In this document: piece after piece, positions 23,380 through 36,567 of the stretch
How positions within the stretch are numbered: the first letter of the stretch is position 1
Layout: the number at the start of each line of letters is the position of its first letter
Translations under genes and position numbers: made by a program
The notes under the pieces: generated by a model
What the model was told of the DNA's origin: nothing
The model's input: only the letters and a program-made list of their open reading frames with translations
Database searches by the model: none
Origin: Mobula hypostoma
Taxonomy: Eukaryota
Length of the DNA stretch: 64,000 bases
Reading direction: 5' to 3'
Assembly (NCBI RefSeq): GCF_963921235.1
Contig: NC_086099.1
Span: 176,948,001-177,012,000 of the forward strand

Positions 23380-24350
23380 GTGTGTTTTTAACCAAAGTAA
23401 ACTCTATACATAATAAAAGAATTTACAAGAATAGTCCGTGCAACACCACCTCATTCTTACATTCTTAAACAATGTCTTCAATTGCATTTCTTTAAACCAA
23501 TATCACTGTTGCCACTTATGTGGCTCCCTGGGGTATTGAAGGGCTTTCTCACCCAACACACCCCCTCCCTGTGAAGTAGTGGAAAAACTCAATACTGTGG
23601 TTCTTCCCCATCAAGCCCTTGTGGTGGCTGCACCAAGCTTCAGTGCATCCTTCAGCATGTACTCCTGGAGCCTGGAATGTGACAGTCAGCAGCATTCCTC
23701 AATGGACATCTCAGTTGGCTGGCAAACTAACAAGATTTGGGCAGAGCAAATCATCACTGAGTTGATGATTTTCTGGTAGTACTTGATGTTTGTCTCTTTA
23801 CGTGGACCTAGGAACAGCTTGTAAATCAGAGATTCCTCTGTTATACAGCTGCTTGGGATGAACTGTGACACAGACCCTTCCATCTTTCTCCACCCCCTTT
23901 GCAAATCCAGTCAGTAATGAAGGCAACAGCTGTTTCATCCCCACTATCGTCCTCTTGGGGATGGCGTGTCGTGAATGTGATGTTCTGGGCATGCAGGAAG
24001 CAGTCAAGGCAGAAGTTGGTGAATGTGGGATGAGGCATTGTGCCAGATGGTATGGACAGTCTACTCAAGGAAACACCCCACTGTGTCCTTCAATTCATTC
24101 TCCTGCAGTTTCTGCAGGATGTTCCATGCTGACCATTGTCCGATGGACTTGAGGTCAAAGGCATTGGTCTGGAAGAACTTTTTCACGGAGGACAGGCAGC
24201 ATGGCACGTCCAGCTGCCTGGGACATTACACAGCAATGGGGCCTGAGCCATCCTTCTCAAGACCAGGGACAGATAGAACTTGGTCATATACCCATGTACT
24301 TAGGTTCCACACATAGCCTGATTCAGCCACAAGCGAAGGTGGTCATCTTG
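23380..24350 (-). mobile_element. Tx1/L1-clade LINE 3' remnant
   Basis: Minus strand reads EMSIEECC..SHSRLQEYMLKDALKLGAATT, typical of Tx1-like ORF2 C-termini; frameshifted. Confidence 0.6.
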
Positions 24351-24486
24351 GTAAGGGTGACATTGGACGTGTGTTGAGAAACCTCAGTATTAACTCCAGT
24401 GTCTTAAATAAAAAGCCCCTGCTCTCTGATTGTAAGACTACCATTTGAGCTCTCCATTAAATTGATAGTAGCAGTTAAAATATATA

Positions 24487-24923
24487 CAGGTGGCCTCCAT
24501 TTTCCGAACGTTCACTTTACAACAGCTCGCTGTTACGAAAGACCTACATTAGTTACCTGTTTTTGCTAACTGAAGAGTGTCTTCGCTTTTGCGAGAAAAG
24601 GCAGCGCACGCCCCGAGCAGCCAAGCTCCTCCCCTAGAACTGCATTCTAGCCGCCATAGCTTAAACATGTGACTGTGAGCATCTGTGCTTTAGCTTGATT
24701 TATTTTGTGCATCCGTTAGCAAGATGAGTTCTAAGGTATCGGAAAAGCCGAAGAGACCTCATAGGGGTGTTACGCTTAGCGTAAAACTGGACGTAATTAA
24801 GCGTTTTGATTGTGGTCAACAAAGTAAGGACATTGTTCACGCGTTGAACTTGCCTGCGTCCACCATTCGCACTATTTACATGCAGAGAGAAAGAACCTTG
24901 AAAGCTGCCGATGTTACTGTTGG
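24487..24923 (+). mobile_element. Tigger/pogo transposon 5' fragment
   Basis: TA-CAGGTGG end. ORF 24724- encodes an HTH-psq/CENP-B N-terminal domain (TLSVKLDVIKRFDCG...ALNLPASTIRTI), cut by the next insertion. Confidence 0.75.
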
Positions 24924-25164
24924 CGCAAACACGAGGAATTCTGCAGATGCTGGAAATTCAAGCAACACACATCAAAGTTGCTGGTGAACGCAGCAGGCCA
25001 GGCAGCATCTCTAGGAAGAGGTACAGTCAACGTTTTGGGCCGAGACCCTTCGTCAGGACTAACTGAAAGAAGAGCTAGTAAGAGATTTGAAAGTGGGAGG
25101 AGGAGGGCGAAATCCAAAATGATAGGAGAAGACAGGAGGGGCAGGGATGGAGCCAAGAGCTGGG
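24924..25164 (-). mobile_element. Penelope-like tail with mutated hammerhead
   Basis: Reverse strand agttagtcctgacgaagggtctcggcccaaaacgttgactg (GAAA>AAAA, GTC>GTT). No TSD seen. Confidence 0.85.
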
Positions 25165-25612
25165 TTAGGATTAATGCGGAGGGAGTGGAGAGCAGAGCGT
25201 TCCCATTCCAACCTTACTCCTTCCGAACACCGTGGGCCTGATTTATATTTCAACATAGCTCTACACTGTAGTGTGCATACGTTGTGTCTGCATCACTCTG
25301 CAATTCACCGCCAAAATGCTAGTTGGCGGTGGAGTTTCTATGCCACTGTGTTGAGTTTCTTCGTGAGAGACACGGACGAGGAAATGCATTTCAAATATTT
25401 TCGGATGTCGGCAGGTAGATTTGACGATGTGGTTCATCGTCTCCAACCATTTATTTCGCATCAGTGTACAGACATGGTGGAGAAAAGCAACTGGAAATGC
25501 GTAGGAGGAAATGCGATGCCAGCAAGCGGAACAATCACAGTTGTTGTGGTCCGCATCACTGCGACACGTGAGTTACTTTTTTGGGGAGGTGCACGGCGTA
25601 GATTTGACGCAT
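25165..25612 (+). mobile_element. PIF/Harbinger transposase-derived remnant
   Basis: [30 protein letters not shown] resembles the N-terminal F..YFRM...F..L motif of Harbinger/HARBI1-type nucleases. Confidence 0.55.
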
Positions 25613-25614
25613 AA

Positions 25615-28600
25615 GTTTTACTCAAGCTTTACTCAGTGTTATGGGAGCAAGAACATACGGGCTGCTACAAAGCCTGTTAACCCCTGAAAAGCCAGCTGAC
25701 AAAGCGTTCGAGCAAATAGTAGACCCTCTCCAACAGCATTGAAACCCCAAACCAGTGGTCATTGCTGAAGGATTTAAATTTCACAAATGGAATCAGAGTA
25801 AAAATGAAAGCATTTCTGAATATTGTGCTGAGTTGCGCAAATTATCAGAACATTGTCAATTTGGAGCTGGTCTATTTGCTGCATTGAGGGACAGGTTAGT
25901 GTGTGGCTTGCACTGTGAAACCACTCAGAAGAACCTCCTGTGTGAAAAAGACCTTACATTAGAGAAGGCGCTGAACATTGCAATATCATTGGAAATATCA
26001 GCACAGGGTGCTTCAGAGATACAACAAAATTCTCTGGAATATGGTACAAATAAAATGTCACTGAACAGAAATGAAGGAAAGAAATATTACCGTTTTAGGA
26101 ACATGTCACATGACCCTGAGGACTGTTGGTTTAAAGACAAAGAATGCAGAAACTGTGGCAAACAGGGCCACACTGGCAGAGTATGCAAAGCTAGTAAACA
26201 GCAGAAAAAGGACAAAATACAGAGAAACAAGAAACCCCAGAAAGGAAAATACAACAATGTACACAAAATGGAAGTTCTGATGAAAATGACTCAGACAAAA
26301 GTAAATTGTCTTGTCTGCAACTTCACAGTGTGAGAGAGACAGATGATTGAAGAGTAATATGGATAACTCTACAAGTGGCAGGTGTGAGACTGAAAATGGA
26401 GTTGGATACAGTCTCAGCTTTAACAGTGATCTCTGTACACGACTACAAACGACTGTTTTCTCGCATAATTCTGAAATGAACTAAACTACTGCTAAAGACT
26501 TACACAGGACAGACTGCATCCCAAAGGTAAAATTAAAGTGACAGTGACCTACAGAGACAAAACACAGCGGCTGAACCTCTGTGTACTGAAAAATAGAGGA
26601 CCACCGTTACTGGGGCGTGAATGGCTCCGAAAAATCCAGTTGGATTGGCACTAGTTGTGTCAGCAAAGGAGGGCAGCAAGTCTACATCTGAGAGACTGTC
26701 ACAAATACTTGCTGACTCTGAGGAAGTGTTCATGAAAGGAATAGGAACACTTCAGGGCATGAAGGCAAAGATTGAGATTGAGGAAAATGCATGTCCAAAA
26801 TTTCACAAAGCCAGACCAATGCCATATGCAATCCGTTCTACAGTAGAGGTGGAGCTGAAAAATCTGGAGCAGACTGGGGTCCTGTCAAAGGTGGATTGGA
26901 GTGAATGGCCCATGCCTATTGTTCCAGTGATGAAGAAAATCTCCAGCACAAAACCAGGAAAACCAAGCAAGGTGCACATATGTGGAGACTTTAAAGTGAC
27001 TGTTAACTTATTTCTCCGCACAGTACAGTATCCTCTATTTCGTATTGAGAACATCTTTGCTTCCCTGTCAAGAGGGAAACATTTCACAAAAATTGATTTG
27101 GCCCAGGCTTATCTCCAAATGGAAATCGATGAAGCATCCAAGAAATACCTGAAAATAAATACACACAAAGGACTTTACCGGTACAACATGTTGGTGTTTG
27201 GGATAGCATCAGCTCCTGCAATCTGGCAAAGGGCAATGGACCAGGTTCTGCAGGGGATTCCAGGGACTCAGTGTTACCTGGATGACATCATTGTCACTGG
27301 CAAAGATGACGACAGACACCTTTTTTTCTGTATTTTTTTATTGAAGTTCATCATCAAACAAACCTTTCCATAAGATGTATTTCAGATGTACATATATATC
27401 ATATAGTCATATTTATCACAAATCTCCACATAATATTTATCTGAGGTATACACTCGTAGAAAGGAGAGGAAAGAAAGAACGATCAAAAGAAGTAAGCTAT
27501 GTACAAAGTAGGGAGTGATCTTTTTTTTACAACATATTCATTGACTTGTGAGAATAAAATCAGGCCTCTGAGGTGTTATGTAGTTAAACCATTTTCCCAG
27601 TGTGAATCAAATTGTTCCAACTTATGATTAACAGATGCTGTTATCTTCTCCATTTTGTAAATGTCCATTGCATTCCATCCATACATTTAAAGTTGGGCTC
27701 TCCTGTGATAACCATTTCCTGGTAAGGGTTTTTTTTACCAGCCACCAGCAGTATATTCATTAAATATTTATCTCTTTTCAACCATTCTGGAGGTATGTAC
27801 CCAAAATATATGGTCTTACTCTCTAAGGGTATTTCACATTTAAAGATGTCTTGTAGGGCATTGTGTATCCCACTCCAATAGTCTTTGGTAATGGGCCATT
27901 CCCAGAAAATATGATAATGGTTTGTATTTTGATTTCCACAATTTCTGCAGCAGACAGGGAGGTTACCATCTTAATGGGATTTCTGAGAGTGTGTAATAAA
28001 ATACCTTATCAAGTTTTTCTACTCGAACTCCCTCCATTTCTGTGAACTGGTACACTTCCCATTGATACCTCCATATTATTGTCCATTCTTCCTCAGATAT
28101 TATTATCCCTCCTTCCTTCTCCCATTTTGTTTTAATGTATGAAGTCGAATGTGTTTTAAGATTTGACAAACCCTTATACACGCTTGAAATGATTCTACTA
28201 CCGTTGTCTGAATTCTATGCTTTTCTAAATAGCTCTATCAGACATGTACTTGCCTTGGTTGCATTTTTAACTGTCCTATTAACATACTATTGCATCTGTA
28301 AATACCGATAAAAGTCTTGTTTTTCTAATAAGTGTTTCTCCTTGAGTATTTCAAAACTGAGCAGTGTTCTTTCTTTCATTATATTGCAAATAGCTGTTAT
28401 TCCTTTAGCTGTCCAGTCCTTAAATCTAGCATCCAGTTTGTTCGGCGTAAAATCAGAGTCATATGCACACCATTTAAGAATTGCAATGTCTCTCTCTAGT
28501 TTATATTCTTTTATAATAGTTTTCCATATTTTAAGAGTCCATTTCACCCATGGGTTATCAATAGTATTTATGTAACTTTGTAGATTGTTAACAGCCAAAA

Positions 28601-29415
28601 TTGCCTGTATGGGGATGGAAAGTATCCTGTCCTCAATGTTTTTCCATTGAGCGTTATATGATGGATTTCACCAGCATATCACAGTTCTCAACTGTGCTGC
28701 AAAATAGTAATCGCTAAGAGAAGGTAGGCCCCATTCCCCCCTTTTGGCGAACATCTTTCTAACCTTCAACAAGTGCTCACCAGGTTACGAGAATATGGGC
28801 TCCGAGCTAATCGACAGAAATGTGAGTTTTTCAAAAAGAAAATCTCATACTGTGGGCATGTGATCAACAAGGATAGCTTACACATGTCTCAAGACAAGAT
28901 AGAAGCAGTGCTTAAGGCATCACCACCTGAAAATGTGTCTCAGCTGAGAACATATTTTGGACTAGTGAACTGTTACCACAAGTTCTTGCCTACCCTATCC
29001 ACAGTTCTACACCCACTAAATGCACTATTACAGACAGGGACACAATGGAAGTGGACTGAGAACTGTGAGAAAGCGTTTCAAGAAACTAAAGGACTCATAA
29101 CTTCAGAAGGGATGCTCGCACACTTTGACCCCTCCTTACCAATCTGGCTGGCTTGTGATGCCTCACCCCATGGGATAGGAGCTGTGTTATTGCACAAGTT
29201 TCCAGATGGCTCCGAAAGACCAATAGCCTTTGCCTCAAGAACACTAACTTCAGCTGAATGCAACTACGCACAGATTGACAGAGAGGCCCTAATCCTTGTG
29301 TGGGGAGTCAAGAAATTCAGTCACTACCTCTGTGATCAAAAGTTTACCCTGTTGACTGACCATCAGCCTCTCGTGTTAATCTTCAACCCAAGAAAAGGCA
29401 TTGCAGTGATGACAG
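25615..29415 (+). mobile_element. Gypsy internal region (gag-PR-RT-RNase H), no LTRs, split by an L1
   Basis: Gag with knuckle CRNCGKQGHTGRVC; protease MELDTVSA (~26396); RT ICGDFK, IDLAQAY, FGIASAPAIWQ, YLDD; resumes at ~28750 with RNase H (LACDASPHGIGAVL, IAFASRTL, TDHQPL). Confidence 0.88.
27320..28749 (-). mobile_element. 5'-truncated L1-clade LINE inserted in the Gypsy RT
   Basis: A-rich 3' end with AATAAA on the minus strand (~27320-27342); ORF2 C-terminal pieces (DFYRYLQM, KWEKEGGIIISEEEW). Confidence 0.82.
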
Positions 29416-29479
29416 GTCATAATGAGGTAGACTGAGAAGTCGAAAGTCCATCTCATTGTAGTAAGGAACTATTCAATAG

Positions 29480-29950
29480 GCTTCCAACAGTTTGAGGAGA
29501 ATTGGTACGTCAGCACAGACATTAGAACATTTCTTCAGCTGTACTATGGAGAGTATTCTAACTGGTTGCATCACCGTCTGGTATGAAGGGGCCACAGCAC
29601 AGGCTCAGAAAAAGCTGCAGAAGTTGGTAACTCAGCCAGCTCCATCATGGGCACCAGCCTGTCTAGCATCCAGGACATGCCCTTTTCTCATTGCTACCAT
29701 CAAGAGTGTGGTACTGGAGCCGGAAGACACACACTTAAGTGTTTCATTTTCTTCCCCTCTGCCACCAGATTTCTGAATGGACAATGAACCCATGAACACT
29801 ATCTCAGTATTTTTTGCGCTGCCTATTTAATTTATATGTATACTTATTGTAATTTATAGTTTTTATTATTATTGCAATGTACTACTACCGCAAAACAACA
29901 GATTTCATGACATAATCCAGTGATAAAAAACCTGGTTCTAAATCTGAATG
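29480..29950 (+). mobile_element. Rex1/Babar-type LINE 3' fragment
   Basis: CTMESILTGCITVWY motif from the post-RT C-terminal region, followed by a 3' tail. Confidence 0.65.
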
Positions 29951-30179
29951 TAATTTAACCTCCTGTATTTAACATAACTTTTATTTGCTTTTTCTCTTAT
30001 TTAAAATAAAGTGATTCTTATACAATCCAGATGCAAATTATCTGCTTATGCATTCATGTACTTCAGTAAGTTTAAAACCCGATTAATGTTCATTGAAAAA
30101 GATATTTACATTTGAAATGACACTTGTCAAAATACAAAGGACATCTCAATTCATTATAAAATATATGATTACGTTAGAT

Positions 30180-30259
30180 GAGGGGTTCCCAACCTTTTTT
30201 ATGCCATGAACCAATACCATTAAGGAAGGGGCCCAAGGACTCCAGGTTTGGAACCCCTG
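30180..30259. mobile_element. 80-bp hAT-type MITE
   Basis: TIRs (g)aggggttcccaacct / aggtttggaacccctg; degenerate 8-bp TSD cgttagat / ctttagac. Confidence 0.7.
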
Positions 30260-30269
30260 CTTTAGACAC

Positions 30270-32337
30270 TCTTGTGCCTAGTGTCACTTCATGGATAATC
30301 ATAGATGAGTGTGTAGTCACAAACTCACTCGGAGTTTTCCCCAACCAGAAGCCTTGGATCCACAATCTGCTGAGGGCCAGATCAAAGGGATTCAAGTCTG
30401 TCGATCAAGAAAGCTATAGAGGGTGCAGGTACAATCTCCGGAAAGCCATCTCACAGCTGAAGTGGCATTTTGGGTCAAAACTTAAACCAATGAAGGATGC
30501 TTGATAGCTGTGGTAGGGCTTGAATGCTATCACCTCTTACAAAGTGAAATCAAGCAATATAGATGACAAAAGGGCTTTGCTCACAGATGAGCTCAATGCC
30601 TTTTATGCTTACTTTGACTATCAAAATATTGAGGTACCATCACAAAGTCCCACAGCCCCGAATGACATGATTTCAGTCTCTGGAAGCTGACATGAAAGCA
30701 TCTTTCAGGAGGGTGAACCCACAGAAAGCATCCAGCCAAGATGAGATACCTGGCCGAAAGCTAAAGACCTGTCTTGATCTACTGCCTGGAGTGTTCACTG
30801 AGATTTTTAACCTTTCACTTTGACAGTCTGAGGTACCTACCTTCTTCAAACAGATTTCAATTAAACTGATACCTAAGAACGTGGTAACCTGCATCAAAGA
30901 CTATCCAGTAGTACTTAACATCCACGGTGATGAAGTGTTTTGAGAGGCTGGTGATGAAACACATCAACTCTTGCCTGAGAAGTGACTTTAATCCATTCCA
31001 ATTTGTTTACTGGCACAACAGTTCCACAAAAGATGCAATTTCAGTGACTCTTCACTCAACCCTAGAACTTTTGGACAGAAACGGTGCACACATTAGGGTG
31101 CTCTTTATTGAATACATCTTGGCATTCAAAACTGTCATACCCTCAACACTAATCAATAAGCTTCAATATCTTGGCCTCAACATCTCCTTGTGCAATTGGA
31201 TCATCAATTTCCTCACTTGCAGACCACAGTCAGTTCAGATTGGAAACATCTCCTCTACAAGATCCCACAGCACAAGTGCACCACAAAGCCGTGTGCTTAG
31301 CCTCCTGCTCTACTTGCTTTACACTTATGACTGTGTGGCTAAGCACAGCTCCAATGCCATATTTAAGTTTGCTGACAACACCACTGTCCTAGGATGAATC
31401 AAAGGTGGTGACGAATCAGCATATAGGAGGGAGATTGAAAATCTGGCTGAGTGGTGCCACAACAGCAATCTTTTACTCAATGTCAGCAAGACCAGGAGCT
31501 GATTACTGACTTCAGGAGGAGGAAACCTGGGGTCCATGAGCCAGTCCTCATCAAGTGATCAGTGGTGGAGTGGGTCAGCAACTTTAAATTCTTTGGTGTT
31601 ATCACTTCAAAGGATTTGTTCTGGGCCTAGCACACAAGTACAATTATGAAGAAAGCACCACAGTAACTCTACTTGCTTAGAAGTTTGCAAAGATTTGGCA
31701 CGGCGTTTAAAATTTTGACAAATTTCTATAGATATGTAATGGAGAGTATATTGACTGGCTGCATCACAGCCTGGTACGGAAACACAAATGTCCTTGAATA
31801 GAAAATTCCACAAAAAGAAGTTGATACGGTCCAGTCCATCACGAGTAAAGCCCCCTCCACCATTGAGCATATCTACATGCAGCATTATCATAGGAAACTA
31901 GCATCTATCATTCGGAATCTCCACCACCCAGGCCTTGCTCTCTTCTTGTTGCTGCCATCAGGAAGAAGGTATGGGAGCTGGTGAACTCACACCACCATGT
32001 TCAGGAAGATTTATTACTGCTCAACCATCAGACTCTTGACCAAAAGGGATAACTTCATTTATTTTCACTTGCGCCATCACTGAACTTTTCTCACAGTTAC
32101 AGACTTGCTTTCAAGAACTCTTCATCTTACGTTCTCAATACTTATTACTTTATTTATTTATTATTTTGTATTTGCAGTTTGTTGTCTTCTGCACATTGCC
32201 TGTCTGCATTGTTGGGTGTGGTCTTTCATTCATTATATTACGGTTATTGGATATACTGAGTATGCCTGCAAGAAAATGAATCTCAGAGTTGTATTTGGTG
32301 AACATCTGTACTTTGATAATAAATTTACTTTGAACAT
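30270..32337 (+). mobile_element. Rex1/Babar-type LINE, degenerate RT region and 3' end
   Basis: FPNQKPWI, MKCFERLV, KFADNTTV and ESILTGCITAWYG motifs with stops; tail aataaatttactttgaac. Confidence 0.82.
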
Positions 32338-33300
32338 ACAATCAAGCTATGTATATAGGGTATCTTATGTATTTATATTTAATGTGTTTTTTTATTATTG
32401 TGTTCTTATCTTACTGTGTTTCTTTCGTGCAGCATCCGATCTGGAGTAACAATTATTTAATTCTCCTTTACACTTGTATACTGGAAATGGCATAATACAT
32501 TTTTAAATCTTGAATTGTGAATCTTTATTTTTGTTGTAAACCAAACTGGTAGTGGCTTATAAATATATTACATTTTAAATGAAAATGTTTAATTTTTGTT
32601 GCAAACATGAACAAAGACGTTACAAAAGCTTGCAGTGAAAATGCATGACACAAAGCAGCAGAATGGAATGAGTAAAAAAGGTCATCCCAGAAATTGCTGA
32701 CGGGCAAAATTTGAAGGCAGAATGCAAATCTGGCAGTTTCTACCAAACATATCTTGTAAATTGTAATATGGAATTTGTTTTTAGCTTTATGCTTCCAAAA
32801 AAACCCATTATAGAATATTTGGGAACATACCTACCATATTGAAAATTCTGACCTGCTTACAACTTAAATGTTGTTTGTGGTAAAAGAGCAAAGGAGGGAT
32901 TTTTTTTTGCCAGTAATGAAAATTCACATCCGGCCTAATTTGACACCCATGGAACAGGTTCCACAAGTGGAAACACTAAATCTTTGTTACTCCTTTTACT
33001 ATATAACATAAATTACTAATGACCAAACTGCAATTATTTTATGCTGTTTGTGTTTAGATATACAGACTATTTACAATTTTAAAAACATGGCACTTGGTTA
33101 AAACATTGTCAGTTTAACAATTAATAAGTTTCATATTTCAAAATGCCTTCTAATTATTTTAATGTGTCGTATTTCAGATTCTTTAAAAAATATTAAGAAA
33201 AATCATGGCATAAATGAAACATTCAAGTTCTAATTAAAAGCTTGTCCACTCTTGGACAATGTGGTGATTGTGAGGTTCGCACACCAAAACTGAAACACTT

Positions 33301-33443
33301 TTAAAGGTAGTCCACCTCTGCAGTTTCTAAGTGTTTTGTGATGTGGTCTATTAAAAACTTTTCATTATCCGGCTCCTTGAGGTAAAAATGGCCTCCAGAA
33401 AGCTTTATGATGGTAAATTCTCCCGTTGTTAAGTCTTTCCATG
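33301..33443 (-). CDS. OLAH: OLAH coding exon 6 (last)
   Basis: ccacag| acceptor; (A)[46 protein letters not shown], with the catalytic His in GGHFY; 143 bp. Confidence 0.95.
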
Positions 33444-33512
33444 CTGTGGGGTTTAAACAAAATATAATTATAATCCTCTGCAAATGTTTAATTGCAATCA
33501 CAAAGTATACTT

Positions 33513-34667
33513 TTCTTTCTTTCTTTTTCAAATCTTTTTGTTAATTTCAAAATACAGAAACAAAACATAGCCATAATACAAATAGAAGGAGATATATTGT
33601 TACACTTAAAAAAAAAGTAATTGCAAAACCAAGTAGTGGAAATTAACAAAGCTCCCAAACATGTAGAACTAACCACGGATAATACAAAACAAAAAAAAAC
33701 TGGGGGAAAAAATGAAAAAGAAAAAAAACAAAAAAAAACCCATCCCCAAAGAAAAACAAAATTAATCAACTAAACTAAAAGACTTGGGCAAAACTAACAA
33801 CTTAAAAATGGAAAAGAAGAAAACCTTAGTGTCGACGACTCCAATCCCCTCCAACAACAGTACAGAGAGATAAAACAAGTTTGGAAATGATCAAATTACA
33901 TCAAATGAAAATGCTGAATGAATGGCCTCCAAGTTTTTTCAAACTTAATGGAAGGGTCATAAACTGCACTTCTAATTTTCTCCAAATTCAAACACACCAT
34001 AGTTTGTGAAAACCAATGAAATACAGTAGGAGGGTTAATCTCTTTCCAATTCAACAAAATGGACCTTCTAGCTATTAAAGTAAGAAATGCAATCATCCTT
34101 CGTGATGAAGAGGTTAAATTATTTAAGTCTATCATTGGTAGTCCAAAGATAGCAGTAATTGGATGAGGTTGTAAGTCTATATTTAGGACCATTGAAATAA
34201 TATCAAACATATCTTTCCAATATTTCTCCAACAAGGGACATGACCAGAACATGTGGGTTAAAGAAGCTATCTCGGAATGGCATCTGTCACATTTTGGATT
34301 AATATAACAGTAATAACGAGATAGTTTATCTTTGGACATGTGAGCCCTGTGCACTACTTTAAACTGTATCAACACATGTTTAGCACATACAGAGGATGAA
34401 TTCACCAACTGAAGAATTTTTTCCCATTTTTCAGTCGGTATATTAACCTCAAGTTCTCTTTCCCAGTCAGCTTTAATTTTATTAGAAGCATCAGGACATA
34501 GATTCATAATTATATTATATATAATTGCTACTACACTTTTGTGAGAGAGATTTAAATCTAAGATTTTTTCCAAAGTGTCCAAGATATGGATGTGGAAAAT
34601 TAGGAGAGACAGTAATTAAAAAGTTTCTAATCTGTAGATATCTAAAAAAGTGAGATCTGGGTAAGTT
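33513..34667 (-). mobile_element. 5'-truncated L1 in the last OLAH intron
   Basis: 11-bp TSD aaagtatactt (33502-33512, 34668-34678), (AAAG)n tail, open 228-aa ORF2 C-terminus with CDRC...LTHMFWSC. Confidence 0.9.
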
Positions 34668-35254
34668 AAAGTATACTTAATTACCAATTTTTTTTACCAA
34701 ACACTTTCCTAAATATTTCTCAGGAAGAAAAGGTACAGATTTACTTGATATAACCTCTGCATGTTTGATCCTTAAACTGTCCCTTTAATCTCTTGGAGTA
34801 GATTTGGGTTGGATGGGAAACATTTGTTTTTTTAAAATGTCGAACGTAATTCAGACCCTTCTCCTCTGTTTTTAACCATGACTGAGGCCCAATTGTTATT
34901 CACTCTCATTTGCATCCTCTCATCCTTCCACGAAAAATGGAGGCCTTTATTACTAACTCCCCAGAAAGGGATTGAGTTCTGAAAATATATAAATTTATTT
35001 ACAAATTGAAATAAGCGGACTGACAGTCAGTGGTCTATGCCTACCAAGTTGGGGGGTTGGTGGTGGTGGTGGAGAAATGGTATGGATGCAGGTGATGTTC
35101 CCTTAATCTGCCTTTCAATGGTGGGCAGGTGGGGACCATCTTATTTGACCAACACTGGACAAACCAGCCATCTTGATCTGAGAAGCAAACAAAAAACTAT
35201 TATGTGATTGTTAACTTATACCTATCCTGGAACACTGGCAAAAATCAGTCTCAC

Positions 35255-35337
35255 CCTCAAGGTCATGTGGTACATCCTGTTTTCCATCAAAGCTGCTGAT
35301 AGAACAGGAGAAAAGCTTCATCTGTGGTTTTTCATAT
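35255..35337 (-). CDS. OLAH: OLAH coding exon 5
   Basis: ttgcag|...|gtgaga; (R)YEKPQMKLFSCSISSFDGKQDVPHDLE; 83 bp, phases match both neighbours. Confidence 0.92.
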
Positions 35338-36397
35338 CTGCAACAGAAATATCATTCAAAATTCATCAACTCCACAATACACAATAACATGCATTTTGTG
35401 GTAATCTGTCCATGTTTTCAAAAAAAAGCAATTAAATGTATTTTGTGTTGTGTAATTAAATACTACTTTGCAAATATATATCATAATTATAATAAAATAG
35501 TCAAGGATGATTCAAATTTCACGAACAGATAATAGTATTCTCTTGTATTAGTAAAGCACACCAGAAGTGTTAACATTTTATTTTGCTCTTAAACAGGAAG
35601 TTATTCACTCTATTTTTACTTCTTCTTTATACCTAATATGGTAAAGGCACCAAGCAATGGAATCATGGAGACTTCACTGACTGCATCCAGAAAGTGCACA
35701 AGGATAGTTTGCTCTGGTCAGCTATTGAGCTCTTCTTCTTCAAAAAAAAGATCAGTCTCAATTCAGTGTTTCTTTGAGGATAAAATTAAGTTTAAGAATG
35801 GGCCAAATGGAAATCAGACAAAAGCCTTCATCTCTGTCATCCAGAGGATAAATTGTGTCCTCATATAGATCTACAGACAAAATAAGTTAGAGGCCAGTAC
35901 CTGAAATTTTAAAAGCAAATGGAAAATTTGATAAGAAAACCAGCTGAGTCTTATTTTCTATTGTTTGTGTAAAGGACCACAATAGCTTTTTGTACAATGC
36001 AATAATCCCATTGTTTTGCAAAAAACCTATCTTTTGTTACAAATGGTTTTGTTATAAATAAGTCCATTCAGCAGTTTTATAAATCGATACTCATTTGTAT
36101 AAATATGTTAACAATGAATCTTTCCTTAGATGTATGTGGACTGAGCACAATGACAGTGGTCAACAACTTTAAAGACTCTTATTCTGTGGTTTTAAATTTT
36201 GACTTTTTGTAGAGTACCAATGAACTGTACATCCAACTATATTCATTCTTGTACACAAGACAATTTACAAAACTAACAATAGAGCCATGCAACCATCGTA
36301 AAAAAAATTGCTATTATATCTTATATATACCTGCTTTTACAACATGATTTATGTTTATTTTCTTTTCCTGATCACACTATACATTCTGTAGGTTTAC

Positions 36398-36567
36398 CTA
36401 ATTAATTCCAAAAGTCTAAGATCTGCTTTTAAAACTGGAACAAACAGTTGCAGAATGTCTTTATTTGTAAGAATTTCAGATGGGGTACCACCGATGGACG
36501 TCATCCATTTCAAGAATTCATCATCTGGGAGCTCTGACTTCTTCTGGCCAGAGGATCGAGCTGCAGA
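36398..36567 (-). CDS. OLAH: OLAH coding exon 4
   Basis: atttag|...|gtaaac; SAARSSGQKKSELPDDEFLKWMTSIGGTPSEILTNKDILQLFVPVLKADLRLLELI; 170 bp. Confidence 0.93.

Noticed and set aside
27305-28760. TSD for the L1 inside the Gypsy RT
   Set aside because: Only an imperfect acacctt/acatctt match; too weak to call.
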